Shown: positions 31,908-42,807, counted from the stretch's first letter. The stretch is 64,000 nt of DNA from an uncultured Methanoregulaceae archaeon (GCA_963737635.1 CAVTTL010000001.1:1696001-1760000); one strand, 5' to 3'. The notes: generated by a model not told the origin, from the sequence alone. Translations and numbers: made by a program.

Positions 31908-32526
31908 CTGATTTGTTGATTTAGACTGCCTTTTAATAGAGCCTTGTCTGATTGTCAGATTTTAAAACACATTTTGAAAAATGACCGACGCATATTCATG
32001 ATATTCAGGTATTCTGTCTCCTGTCATATCAGATCCGCGAGTGGTTTCTACGGATGAAGAGGAACAGAACCTCTGGAGTTCCGTGTTTCCGTTGATTAGG
32101 GTGATCATCTCTTTCCCGGCACGCAATGACGGTTTCGGAGGTGCCCGGTAGAATGCCAATCCCTTTCAGACTCGATCTGCAAAGCACCGGATCTATGCTT
32201 TTATTGAGGAGTTAAAGTGCTGGCCATAAGCGATGTGAAAACGATCGTCAGCCGGTGGCCATTTGGATGCGGTGATCCAAATGGAGTTCCAAAAAATAGA
32301 AAGTGACCACGAATTTTTAAGCACAGAAACGCATGCCAGGGCTCTCATTGGATTACTTAGCGAAACCTGTGCCCTTCCACCATTTCCTATGGGGCTGGAA
32401 GATTTTTTTCCAGTTTGGTGAGGATTTTTTCCCGCATACTTAATCTGATGGGGAGCGGTAAAAGTCATAAGGGTTAAACGAGTGGAAAAATGCAATAACC
32501 GCATTTCCATAAGGAGATGATGATTC

Positions 32527-32838
32527 TTGATACTTGTTGATGCTCGGATTCTCCTTGTGCCGGAACGGCACCGGGTGTTTATTATGGAAGCAGAAAAGAT
32601 CATGCCACTGGTCCGCAGCGAGGCCGGTTGCACCAGATATGAACTTGTTGCTTGTGTGACCTCTCCTACGGAAGTGCATTTTCTTGAAGAGTGGGAAAGC
32701 CAGTGTCATCTCGACAACCATCTTGTACAGCCCCATATGCAAGAATTTTTTGCAAAGACCGCACCATGGCATGCGGCCCCTACAGAATTGAAGATCTACA
32801 ACGTTCTGTCATCGCAAATGATCACAATGGATGATTGA
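32527..32838 (+). CDS. ABM-family (putative quinol) monooxygenase
   Basis: RSEAGCTRYEL, FLEEWES...LDNHLVQPHMQEF; AAGGAG RBS before a TTG start. Confidence 0.85.
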   Translation: MILVDARILLVPERHRVFIMEAEKIMPLVRSEAGCTRYELVACVTSPTEVHFLEEWESQCHLDNHLVQPHMQEFFAKTAPWHAAPTELKIYNVLSSQMITMDD

Positions 32839-32935
32839 CGTGGTGGTTTTGATACGTTAGCGGTTGAAATCGATTTTCCACTTCGGTAAAATTATCCTAC
32901 CGATTACCAAAACAATAGTATCTATACCAACACGC

Positions 32936-34252
32936 TCATTTCTGCTTTTTCCTGAAGTGCAAAATTACATAGACGATACCGATGATCAGGCCGACGAGGA
33001 CGGTGATATCGACGGGATTGGACACGATTCCCTGGATTCCGGCCAGGTTTTTGACATCGATAGAAACTTTCATCGGGTCGGAGACGTAGGTATCGTCGAG
33101 TGCGTCATTGTACCGGATCTCCGTATCCAGGCCGTATTCCTTAATTGTCGCGTCGCTGGCGACACTCATCTGGTAGGAAGCCACTGCGGACTGACCCGGG
33201 GCGAGATCACCGAGATAAGCGATATCGGACGAACTGGTAAAGGGATCGACCACGCTGATACGAGCTTCCGCGCTGTGGACGGTAGAATCCCCGGTATTCA
33301 GGTATTCGACCTGGATCGTCCGTTTACTGCCCGGGCTCATCTCCACCGGGGAGGACAGGACCGAGAATGCGACTTTGCTCCCGACGTCAACACCGACCGT
33401 CTGGGTCTGGGAGGTAACAAAATCGCCTTCATTGTCCTGGTAGACCACGACAACGTCGACCGGATAAGTCTTGTTGATGGCATCCGATGCCACGGCGACC
33501 TTGTACTGGCAGGCCACGGTACTGCCGGCCGGGAAGTCGCCGATATAGACGCTGGTGTCCACCGGGCTGACCGGGCTTGCAGTATCCTGGAGAATCTGGA
33601 CGGTCGCCTTGGACCCGTCCAGCGACCCGATATTCTTGATGGTCAGGTTGACGTAACCCTGGGCACCGGCGACCAGCGAATCGGACGTTGCCGTGACTAC
33701 TGCCGGGATTACTTCAGACTTGATCGACACCGGGACGGTGACCGTTACAGTATACGGCTCGTAATAATACCGGACCGTGTCGAGACCGTACTGATCGATA
33801 TTCGTATACTGGGTATAACTGATATTGAGCGGAATCTGGTAGGTGCCGCCTTGTGCATCGGCATTGACCTTCGCGGAAAACGTCACCGTCGCCTGATCTT
33901 CGCTCGCAATATCACCGACCATCTGGGGATCGCTTTTGATCACCACCGGCGCATCTCCGGACCCCATCGCGACCGTGACGAACTTCGCCGTCGTGGGGAT
34001 ATCGGTACGGTTCACGATGTTGGACGATACCTCATAGTTCGTGCTGATACCGGTGTTCTGGATCACGACCGGGATCGCAATCTCGCTCCCGGCCGTATAC
34101 TGGTTCGTACCCGTTATATACGCCGTCAGGTTCGGGCTCCCGTCAAGGTATTTGGTCCCGGCAAACGCCGGGGTCACAAGACACGCAATAAAAACGAGGA
34201 GGATCAAGACCGTCCTGCCATTTTTTGCATTATGTACCATAGGAATCACCAT
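32936..34252 (-). CDS. COG1361 S-layer-like surface protein, paralog 3
   Basis: Signal peptide, Ig-like repeats (YIGDF, YLGDLAPG, EYGLDTEIRY), C-terminal TM plus basic tail. Confidence 0.85.
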   Translation of the reverse strand: MVIPMVHNAKNGRTVLILLVFIACLVTPAFAGTKYLDGSPNLTAYITGTNQYTAGSEIAIPVVIQNTGISTNYEVSSNIVNRTDIPTTAKFVTVAMGSGDAPVVIKSDPQMVGDIASEDQATVTFSAKVNADAQGGTYQIPLNISYTQYTNIDQYGLDTVRYYYEPYTVTVTVPVSIKSEVIPAVVTATSDSLVAGAQGYVNLTIKNIGSLDGSKATVQILQDTASPVSPVDTSVYIGDFPAGSTVACQYKVAVASDAINKTYPVDVVVVYQDNEGDFVTSQTQTVGVDVGSKVAFSVLSSPVEMSPGSKRTIQVEYLNTGDSTVHSAEARISVVDPFTSSSDIAYLGDLAPGQSAVASYQMSVASDATIKEYGLDTEIRYNDALDDTYVSDPMKVSIDVKNLAGIQGIVSNPVDITVLVGLIIGIVYVILHFRKKQK

Positions 34253-34261
34253 GTTCTCTCC

Positions 34262-35572
34262 TCATTTTTTCTTTCTCATCACAAACGTGTAGTACCCTGC
34301 CCCGATCACGACAAGTACGATGAGCGTAAGGGCTATCGGAGCCTGCCCGAATCCACCGGCTGCCGTGGGATCAGCGACAGCGACATCTGCGGTGAAGGTA
34401 TCGGAAACCTGGCTGTTATCGAGGTCGTCACGGTACCTGACCTCGGTATTGAGGGGATAGGTCCCCGGAGCAGCCCCGCTCGCGGCGGAGAGAGCGTAAT
34501 GGGCGGTCACTTTCCCACCGGGCGGGATATCCCCGAGGTAGGCGAGCGTATCCGAGCTTGAGAGCGGCCCATAGGTCGAAAGCCGGGCTTCGGCATTATT
34601 AGCCACGATCGCGCCCGTATTCTGGTATACTACATCAATCACGCTGTCAGATCCCTGCGTGATCACTGCCGGAGGTGATGTAACGATGAAGGAAAGTTTA
34701 CCCGCCACCGGGATGCCGACTGTGTCAATCGCCGAAGTCACCGTATTCCCGTCGGCGTTCGTGTAGGTCACTTCAACATCGATCGGGTAGGTCTGCTGCT
34801 GCGCGGCGCTGGATACGGCGACCTTGTACTGGCAGGTAACAATGCCGTCCCGGGGGAAATCCCCGACATAGACGCTGTCGTCAGTTGGGATGATAGCGCT
34901 GTTCCCCTGCTGCAGGATTTTGACCGTTGCCTGGGTCCCGTCCTCGTATCCGACATTCTTGATAGTCAGGTTGATGTACCCTTCCGTCCCGACCGCAAGG
35001 CCGGATGCATTGGCATCGAGCACGTCAGTCTGGACGACCGGTTTAATCATAACCGTGAGCGGGATCGTCAGGGTCACGGGAGCGTACACGGCCTGGACTT
35101 GGTCGCTCGTAGGCTGGTTGGCGAGACTGTTGGAGAGATAGGTATACTGGACTGTTAGGGGAAGAGTGTATTCACCGAGCGTCGCATCTGACGTGATCTT
35201 AGCCGAGAACCTCGCGGTGGTGATCCCGGGGCTTTGGATATCGCCCAGGTTCTGGGCATCCGTCGTGATGTTGATAGGAGCTCCGCCCGAGGTGAGTGCT
35301 ACCGTGACCAGTTTCGCAGTGGTGGGCAGGTCGGCCTGCGGCAGGGTTCCCTGGTTGGTGTAGGTTACCGCGGTTGTCCCGCTGTTCTGGATGTCGACGG
35401 TGATCGTCGCGGTCTGTCCCGGGTAGAACTCATTGGTGCCGGCAAGGTAGGCCGTTATCTGGGGCGAGCCCCCGACGTATTTTTCCTGGCCCAGCGCGGG
35501 CATGATGCAGAACGGTCCTCCTAGATCAAGAGAGCAAATGGGGTGTAGGATTTCATGGAATGTGCCTCTCAC
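34262..35572 (-). CDS. COG1361 S-layer-like surface protein, paralog 2 (signal peptide probably indel-disrupted; alternative start 35556)
   Basis: GSPQITAYLAGTNEFYPG, YVGDF, YLGDIPPG, TEVRYRD, C-terminal TM plus RKKK. Confidence 0.82.
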   Translation of the reverse strand: MRGTFHEILHPICSLDLGGPFCIMPALGQEKYVGGSPQITAYLAGTNEFYPGQTATITVDIQNSGTTAVTYTNQGTLPQADLPTTAKLVTVALTSGGAPINITTDAQNLGDIQSPGITTARFSAKITSDATLGEYTLPLTVQYTYLSNSLANQPTSDQVQAVYAPVTLTIPLTVMIKPVVQTDVLDANASGLAVGTEGYINLTIKNVGYEDGTQATVKILQQGNSAIIPTDDSVYVGDFPRDGIVTCQYKVAVSSAAQQQTYPIDVEVTYTNADGNTVTSAIDTVGIPVAGKLSFIVTSPPAVITQGSDSVIDVVYQNTGAIVANNAEARLSTYGPLSSSDTLAYLGDIPPGGKVTAHYALSAASGAAPGTYPLNTEVRYRDDLDNSQVSDTFTADVAVADPTAAGGFGQAPIALTLIVLVVIGAGYYTFVMRKKK

Positions 35573-36942
35573 CGTGGTTTGAAGCGTTTGACGTAGATCA
35601 CGTAACCGGCGATAGCGAGCACTATGAGGACGATAGCGATAAGGCCCGGGAGTCCGATCAGGGAGACGACGGTTTTAGTCGGTACCACTTCGACGTTAAC
35701 CTTGAGGGGGTCGGAGGTGAACTGGTTATCGAGTGCATCGCGGTAGAGAACCTCGGAGTCCAGGCCGTATTCTTTCACGGTTGCATCCGGGTCGACAGAG
35801 ACGGCAAAGGAAGCGGTGCGGATATCGCCCGGCGCCATCGTGCCCAGGAAGGCGGTATCGTCGTTGCTGGTAAAGGGGTCGACAGCACTGATCCGTGCCT
35901 CGGCGTTATAGGCAGTAATGCCGCCGGTATTCTGGAACTGGACGGTAATGACGGCGTTAGCGCCGGGAGTAACGTTTGCCGCGATGGGGGTAACTGCAAA
36001 GTCGACTTTCTGGCCGACCGGGACCCCGATGGTCTCGATAGGCGAATCCACGTAGTCCCCTTCGTAATTCTTGTAGTAGACCAGTACGTCGAGGGGGTAG
36101 GTCTTCTGCTGGGCGTCGCTAGCTACCTGGGCCCGGAACGTGCAGTTGGCCACCGCCCCGACCGGGAAATCGCCGACATAGAAACTACCGTCGGTGGGGG
36201 TGACCGGGCTCTGGCCGTTCTGCTGGATCCGGATCACGGCGTTCTGGCCGTCGTCAGACCCGACATTCTTGACCGTTAAGAAAATATATCCTTCGATCCC
36301 GGCGTTCAGGCCTTCGGTCTGCACGCTGGGAACCGCGATCTGGACTTCGGGCTTAATCGTGATAGGGATGTCGATGGTCTCGTTGACGTTCTTGTACTGG
36401 TAGTTCAGGGTCTCGGTGCCTTCCTGGTTGGCCTGGTACAGGTACGTGTAATTCAGGACGACCGGGATCTGGTAGGTCCCTGCCGAGGCATACTGGTTGA
36501 CCGTAATATGGAAGGTGGCGGTGGCGCTCGAACTTGCCGGGAGGTCCCCGACTATCTGGGGTGAGGCTTTGACCACCAGCGGGGCGTCCCCGGCGTCCAG
36601 CGTCGCGGTCAGCTGTTTTGCCGTGTTGGAGAGATCGCTCGGGCTGATGATGCCGGACTCGACGATCATAAACTGGTTGAGCCCGGTGTTCCCGATGACG
36701 ACCTGGAGGTTCACATCGTCTCCCGGCGAAAACTCGTTGGTGCCGGCGATGTGCGCGTCCAACTGGGGGCTCCCGGCCATGATCTGCGTCCCGGCCATCA
36801 CCGGCGATACGGCGCAGAGTGCCAGTACGATAGAAATAAGGCACAGGAGCCGCGGCAGGCTGGTCCGATGCCTGAAACAGTACAGTCCTGTCCCGGCGGC
36901 ATTCTCCCTAATAGGAGGTGTATTTCGACTTATCTCATTCAT
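35569..36942 (-). CDS. COG1361 S-layer-like surface protein, paralog 1
   Basis: GSPQLDAHIAGTNEFSPG, ARISAVDPFTSNDD, KEYGLDSEVLYRD, C-terminal TM. Confidence 0.85.
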   Translation of the reverse strand: MNEISRNTPPIRENAAGTGLYCFRHRTSLPRLLCLISIVLALCAVSPVMAGTQIMAGSPQLDAHIAGTNEFSPGDDVNLQVVIGNTGLNQFMIVESGIISPSDLSNTAKQLTATLDAGDAPLVVKASPQIVGDLPASSSATATFHITVNQYASAGTYQIPVVLNYTYLYQANQEGTETLNYQYKNVNETIDIPITIKPEVQIAVPSVQTEGLNAGIEGYIFLTVKNVGSDDGQNAVIRIQQNGQSPVTPTDGSFYVGDFPVGAVANCTFRAQVASDAQQKTYPLDVLVYYKNYEGDYVDSPIETIGVPVGQKVDFAVTPIAANVTPGANAVITVQFQNTGGITAYNAEARISAVDPFTSNDDTAFLGTMAPGDIRTASFAVSVDPDATVKEYGLDSEVLYRDALDNQFTSDPLKVNVEVVPTKTVVSLIGLPGLIAIVLIVLAIAGYVIYVKRFKPR

Positions 36943-37423
36943 TTAGAATCCTCGAAAAAGTTGTATAAATCTCAATACAGATTGAAATTACTTATACATA
37001 AATATTTGCTATATTGATTATAAACAATAATTATATGCATGTACGTTACATTTAAACCGCGCTTTCAATTGATAAATGAGTTTAGTCGATTTTTTTTATC
37101 ACTGATAGTATACAAGAAATTTCTATATTGTCTCTCTGTAATTTACAAAAATTTGCAAATTACATCCAGTGTTCCGACATCATGAAAATTCGTCCCCGGG
37201 ATCTTTTTAGGGGAGATCGTGATTTCCCATATTCGAAATGGCATCCGGGTAGCAGAGGCCACTCGAACTAATTTTTGATGGATGTGACAAGGGTGAGAGG
37301 GCGGAGTGTACCGCCGTCATCATGTTTCATCCGTTTACATTAATGCTCCGAAATTTTGGTTCCAGATCCCGGGTTTGGCGTCCCATATATCGGGTTCTCT
37401 CCTTTCGTGAGAGATTCTCTCTG

Positions 37424-37814
37424 TTATTCCGATACTGTCCGGTTTGCAGCCCAGTATATTGTCCTGATAAGTTGGTAGATCGGGTTTTTACTCGGTGATA
37501 CCTTGCTGATGAAGTCTGAATGCACCATTCCGGTAAGCCTCTTCTTTTAGTTTGGGAGAATTGTCTGCAGTGAAAAGAATAAACGGGGCTGTTTTACCTT
37601 GTGAGTGCAACTCCCTGAGTAACGTAATCCCATTCATGCCGCCCGGTATGGCATAGTCAGAAACAATTACATCCACGGTTGACATAGACAACCATTCAAG
37701 TGCATATTCCCCTGAATTAAAGGTCTGTACGGTAAATGCACCGATCCTTTCGCAGAATGCAGCAATGATCGTACAGGTATCCGGATTACCATCGATGTAA
37801 AGGAGATGAATCAT
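37424..37814 (-). CDS. Stand-alone response regulator receiver, apparent frameshift near 37520
   Basis: LLYIDG, DVIVSDYAIPGGMNGITLL, PFILFT. Removing one base gives GAFDFISK...WAANRTVSE* ending at 37424. Confidence 0.78.
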
Positions 37815-38242
37815 CAGAACGCCTCACGTAAAATGACCTCCCTTGGATTGATCGCAGGTGAATAATCGCAAGCGTCGTATCAGGGAGTGGAAGATGGTTC
37901 GTGAATTATAACAGCAATAGGGTTAGTTTGATGTTCATGCCCCGTTATTTCATTCAGGTCGTTTACTAGCATTCTTCACCTATAGAATGTTTAAAGTTAT
38001 TGTATATAATCATTCTTAGTGTTTATTATACACAAGTATCGGAAATGTGTCCGCTACATAACCCTGGATGAAAAAATGAAAATCAACACTGTCAACATCC
38101 TCTTCATTAATATAGACACAGAAAACCCCATGGGGGCACAGTAAAACGTTTCCTAAAATGTTCCCTCCCAGAGGTACTAATATAATAGTTCAGTCACTGA
38201 AGCTTTTTCTGATGCCTATGCCAGAACAAGAGCAGATTTCTT

Positions 38243-39580
38243 TTATTCGCGTTTTTCGAGTGTGGATATCTGATCTGAAAGTTCCTTTTCACGGAGGGCA
38301 AATGCCGTTACATCGGTCATCGTAATGTAGGTGCTTACAGTCTCTCCATGGCGGACCGAATTGACATGTCCATATATGCATCGCTTTTCGCCATCCTTGC
38401 AGCGTATCCAGCTCTGGAATGTGAGCGGAGGTTCTGTGCATGTCATGGATTTCTTTAAAAGATCCATCATATTCTGAAGGTCTTCGGGGGTTATGAGATT
38501 ATGGGGGTTCATCGCGGACAGTTCTTCCGGGGAATATCCGCTGATTTCTGTGAGACGCCTGTTGGAATAAACCAACTGTTCGTTCTCGATGATCATAAGG
38601 CCATCCTGAACGTTCTCTGCCATCATTCTGAATCGCTGTTCGCTTTCAAAAAGGGCCGCGTCTTTTGACACCAATTCGGTGACATCAGTCATGATGACAA
38701 ACTGGTAAAGGACATTCTCATGCTGAAGACTGTTTACCCGGACATACACATTCCTGTATACACTATCTTTTCTCCGGATTCGGGCCTGAACGTCAAAATG
38801 GCCGGGATGATTACGTTGTTCCATGAAGGACTCCACTACACCCCGGTCTTCCGGTGTGATAATGGTGAGGGGTTCCATCGCCCACAATTCTTCAAAAGAA
38901 TACCCGGTAATCTCCGCAAAACGATTGTTCACAAACGTGTTTTTTCCATTCTCAAGAATGAGTAGGCCGTCCCGGATGTTTTCTGCCATCATCCGGAACC
39001 GCTCTTCCCTTTCCCTAAGTTCCCGTTCCCGCAGGATCTCATCGGTGATATCAGAAAGGATAATGGTGACTCCCCTCGCACCATCGTCAAAGACGGTGGG
39101 AATGGATTTTTGTTTGAAGATGCGCTCGCCGGCTTCTTTTACCTGGAATGAGAGGGTGCTTTCTCTCTCCTCTGAAGGTGTTGTTATGAGCGAATTGACA
39201 AGCTCGTGTACATCAACCTCGGGAGATTTGAGATATGCAAGGTTTTTCCCCATCGCCTCCTTTCGTGCGAGGTGCAGCAGATTGAGGAATTTGTCGTTGA
39301 TATCTACTATGCGGGAATCCTTGTCGAGGACCATAATCAGATCCTTTGAATAACTGAGTACCGCCGAGAGTGGAACTCTTTGCGAGAGGGTAAAGACCTT
39401 TGCCATTCCATATGTCCGCATGTCCACCTGCCCGGAGATCAGGAGGATATCGAGATAGCGGCCGGTCGTGTTCTTGTTCTTGTTGAGTGCCTTTGCTATA
39501 TCGGTGACACTCATGCCTTCCGGATTCTGCCTAAGAAGATCCTTTATCTGGCTGAGTTCCTGGGGGTAGTTCTGCATCAT
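38243..39580 (-). CDS. Winged-HTH plus triple-PAS one-component regulator
   Basis: NPEGMSVTDIAKAL..NKNTTGRYLDIL..SGQVDMRTYGMAKVF wHTH followed by three PAS/PAC repeats (RFRMMAEN). Confidence 0.85.
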   Translation of the reverse strand: MMQNYPQELSQIKDLLRQNPEGMSVTDIAKALNKNKNTTGRYLDILLISGQVDMRTYGMAKVFTLSQRVPLSAVLSYSKDLIMVLDKDSRIVDINDKFLNLLHLARKEAMGKNLAYLKSPEVDVHELVNSLITTPSEERESTLSFQVKEAGERIFKQKSIPTVFDDGARGVTIILSDITDEILRERELREREERFRMMAENIRDGLLILENGKNTFVNNRFAEITGYSFEELWAMEPLTIITPEDRGVVESFMEQRNHPGHFDVQARIRRKDSVYRNVYVRVNSLQHENVLYQFVIMTDVTELVSKDAALFESEQRFRMMAENVQDGLMIIENEQLVYSNRRLTEISGYSPEELSAMNPHNLITPEDLQNMMDLLKKSMTCTEPPLTFQSWIRCKDGEKRCIYGHVNSVRHGETVSTYITMTDVTAFALREKELSDQISTLEKRE

Positions 39581-39736
39581 GTGAGTTTGTCAGTTTCCTA
39601 TGAATGTGTATAATCAAATTAGCACTTATAATTATTGTTGATTATAAACATGAATGGTAAATAAGAGTAAAAACTATATAGAAAAACGATAAATGTAATT
39701 TTGTAAATTTTTGATCAGTGAAAAGAGGAAAAAAGT

Positions 39737-40423
39737 ATGGTTTCTGTATTTGGTAGTGTATTAGATCAATGGAATAGTACCGTTATAACGTACGTTCCCG
39801 GTATTGTAGGTGCACTTGTCGTTCTCCTTATCGGTTGGATTGTCGGTCGCCTGCTCGGCAGGGGAGTCCGTATCGTTCTTGATAAGATCAGCGAACAGCA
39901 CATCGTGGAAGAAGGTGCCGATGTGGCATCGATCCGCGGGTCATTCAAGAACGCCGGGATTACAGTCGGGTACATCGGGGATATCGCAGTCCGTATCGTG
40001 GTATACCTGATTGCCATCCTTGCGGCGGTGAATATCCTGAATCTGGACTATCTCAGCCAATTAATGATGGCGATTGTCGAATACATCCCGCATGTTGTAG
40101 CATTTGTAATCATTTTCGTCGTGGGGTTCCTTCTCATCGATGCGTTTATTGATTTCCTTAACCGGTATTACTCCCAAAAGAATGTCCAGTTCATCTCACC
40201 GGTCCTGGTTATTCTCCGGATCTTTTTGTATTTTGTAACGGCCGTCCTTGCACTCTCTCAGTTGCAGATCGATCTCACCATCATCTACACGTTCGTGACA
40301 CCAATTGCCTGGGGTATCGGAATTGGTCTTGGTGCTGCGATCGCCATCATCGTCGGGTTTGGGCTCAAAAACCGCAGTGAAGCGATCATGGATCAGGTGC
40401 TTGGAACAATAATGAAAAAGTGA
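39737..40423 (+). CDS. TM-helix-repeat (CmpX/MscS-associated) membrane protein
   Basis: Two YxPxxxxAxxIxxxGW/F repeats, AIAIIVGFGLK. Confidence 0.75.
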   Translation: MVSVFGSVLDQWNSTVITYVPGIVGALVVLLIGWIVGRLLGRGVRIVLDKISEQHIVEEGADVASIRGSFKNAGITVGYIGDIAVRIVVYLIAILAAVNILNLDYLSQLMMAIVEYIPHVVAFVIIFVVGFLLIDAFIDFLNRYYSQKNVQFISPVLVILRIFLYFVTAVLALSQLQIDLTIIYTFVTPIAWGIGIGLGAAIAIIVGFGLKNRSEAIMDQVLGTIMKK

Positions 40424-40585
40424 AAACAACATTTTCTACTATTAACCACTGGCAAGGTGGAGGGGGAGCGGGGACGAGTAAATCCGGTGTATTCTATCGG
40501 CCGGATTTCTCTTACGTTCCCCGATCATCGTATTTAACGAATTTCCACCTCGTACCGGAGAAAAAGATATAATGGAGATCCTATC

Positions 40586-41272
40586 GTGAAGAAGACACGT
40601 GTACAGCTTATCCTTCTCGTTATGCTCACCCTGATATTAGTCCCTGTTTCTGCAAGTAATGGGAATACAACCAATTCAACCATTGTCCCTACAGTAACAG
40701 AAACACTTCTGACTACAACGATCACATATCCGGTGAACATCACAACAACGGTGATTTCGGCAAATGCCACATCTGTCCCTTTAACCACGAATACTTCGGG
40801 ATTAAATTTATCATCGGTGACCGTCAATCCCACGGGACCTTCAGGTTCATCAACGGGAAATCTTACGGTTGCCTCATCACCGTTAGGAGCAAGCATCCTG
40901 ATTGACGGCGTTCTCTATGGAAATACGCCGGAAAACGTGACCGGCATCGCTACGGGGAATCATATCATCAGACTGACAATGAGCGGCTATTATGATTATG
41001 AGGGGACGATCTATGTTGTTCCCGGCCAGACGATGGATGCATTCGGTACACTCCAACCAGTAAGTGTTTCGAGCGGATCAGTCCAACAAACGTCATCGAC
41101 TATTGTGATAACAACGAGCCCTGCAGCTGTTGTCACAGTACAACCAACGGTAACCACGTCAGAATCACTGTCCGATAATCCGACCATTATTGCTGCACTT
41201 ATCGGTATTGTTACTGCGTCTATCGGTGCTTTTGCAGCGTTATATCCGCATTTCTCGAAACCAAAAAAATAA
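40586..41272 (+). CDS. PEGA-domain surface protein with Thr-rich linkers
   Basis: Signal peptide, VASSPLGASILIDG...GNTP...GNHIIRL..GY, C-terminal TM. Confidence 0.85.
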   Translation: MKKTRVQLILLVMLTLILVPVSASNGNTTNSTIVPTVTETLLTTTITYPVNITTTVISANATSVPLTTNTSGLNLSSVTVNPTGPSGSSTGNLTVASSPLGASILIDGVLYGNTPENVTGIATGNHIIRLTMSGYYDYEGTIYVVPGQTMDAFGTLQPVSVSSGSVQQTSSTIVITTSPAAVVTVQPTVTTSESLSDNPTIIAALIGIVTASIGAFAALYPHFSKPKK

Positions 41273-41349
41273 TAACATAACGAGCGGCAAAAAATTCTCG
41301 GAGTCCTATGGATCTATGAAGAGAAAACCAAGGAAAAGGGAAGAATACG

Positions 41350-41910
41350 ATGAACGGACGACCAGAGGAATCTCTTAAAATAGAAAACATTGTTGCTTCC
41401 GCAAAGGTGACCGACCATCTCGATCTACGGGTCATTGCCTCTCAGATCAAAGGTGCGAAATATAATCAGGAGCGGTTTCCTGGTGTCGTTCTGCATATGC
41501 AATCTCCAAAGATTGCCGCGCTCGTTTTTAAATCGGGGATGATTGTGATGACCGGTGCAAAGAGCATTGACAATTTTTCAAACGGTCTTGAACTACTCGG
41601 AAACAAGCTCCGCAGTCTCGATATCGATATACCGAAAAATTTACCCTATACGATCCAGAACATCGTCACCTCTGCCGATCTTGGCCTTGCTATAAATTTA
41701 AACAAGATCGCAGTAGGTCTTAATCTCGACAGGATCGAGTATGAACCCGAACAGTTCCCGGGCCTCATCTATCGGCTCGAGAAACCCAAGGTTGTGGTTC
41801 TTCTCTTCAGCTCCGGAAAGATGATCATCACCGGTGGTAAAGATCCCGACGATGCAAAGAACGCTCTCCTCCAAATAATATCTAGTCTTACCAGGGTCGG
41901 CATGATGTGA
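41350..41910 (+). CDS. tbp: TATA-box-binding protein
   Basis: Two repeats: IENIVAS...FPG...SG.IVMTGAKS and IQNIVTS...YEPEQFPGL...FSSGKMIITG. Confidence 0.95.
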   Translation: MNGRPEESLKIENIVASAKVTDHLDLRVIASQIKGAKYNQERFPGVVLHMQSPKIAALVFKSGMIVMTGAKSIDNFSNGLELLGNKLRSLDIDIPKNLPYTIQNIVTSADLGLAINLNKIAVGLNLDRIEYEPEQFPGLIYRLEKPKVVVLLFSSGKMIITGGKDPDDAKNALLQIISSLTRVGMM

Positions 41911-42084
41911 TTGATCTGATGCATCGTGTCCGGGGCAGCGTCTTGTCCGAGAGGGCATTCATGCAGGGAAAACATCAGATCCCGGATATCCGGGATTGGG
42001 ACCACTGGGTCTTTTCCGGCTGCATTTATAGAAAGAATGGCCTATTCGCAGAATTTATCGGTTCAGCGACCGAACAAAATCAGT

Positions 42085-42672
42085 ATGCCTTCAGCGTCAG
42101 AACCTGTGCCAACCATCGAATCGATGTACCGGCGGAAGGATGGCAGAGTCCTGATTGAGATTAAGCTAACGTCAGTAAGCCAGCTCTTCAACTCCTTCGA
42201 TCCCGCTCCCTTCTATGAGAAAGAGCTCGACACTGATGCGGAAGACTATATTGTGGATACGGTACAGGACTTTCCGGCAAAAACAAAATTCATGATCCAT
42301 ATTTATCTCCCTCCCGCTCTTGTGGCAAGCGAGGAGGCAAAAAAGATCATTCCAGCCATCCACAACCATTTCCGGTACCGGATGCTTGTAACGGAACGGA
42401 AATTCCGGCTGAAAATCCGGTTTGGCCGGTTCAGTCTTCTTATCGGGCTCTCATTCTTGGCAATCGCTCTTGTCGCAAGCCAGCTGGTAGCGACTATGAA
42501 TGCGTATCTCATTGCTCAACTCCTCTCCTATTCACTTTTGATCATCGGTTGGGTGGCAATGTGGCAGCCAATCACTGTGTTCCTGTACGATCTCTGGCCG
42601 ATCATCCGGCTTAAGAAAATCTACGAAAAGATTAGTACGATAGAGATCGAGATCCTCCCCCTTTCCGGTTGA
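42085..42672 (+). CDS. Conserved hypothetical membrane protein (2 C-terminal TMs)
   Basis: QLFNSFDPAPFYEKELD.DAEDYI, AIHNHF, IIGWVAMWQP; start position uncertain. Confidence 0.7.
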   Translation: MPSASEPVPTIESMYRRKDGRVLIEIKLTSVSQLFNSFDPAPFYEKELDTDAEDYIVDTVQDFPAKTKFMIHIYLPPALVASEEAKKIIPAIHNHFRYRMLVTERKFRLKIRFGRFSLLIGLSFLAIALVASQLVATMNAYLIAQLLSYSLLIIGWVAMWQPITVFLYDLWPIIRLKKIYEKISTIEIEILPLSG

Positions 42673-42807
42673 TTTTTTACCTGAAAACCCGCAGCTGGTT
42701 CCCAAAATTACCGGGATCCATACCAAAGAAAGACATCAGTATACCATGAATCTTTTTTGCCTGGAAGTTAGTTCCTGCTTTGCCGGTGGGAAAACACAAA
42801 AACGTTT

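Noticed and set aside
32864-34561. 565-aa plus-strand ORF (and similar long antisense ORFs such as 53001-54287)
   Set aside because: These are antisense to well-supported genes with strong codon bias and have no recognisable motifs.
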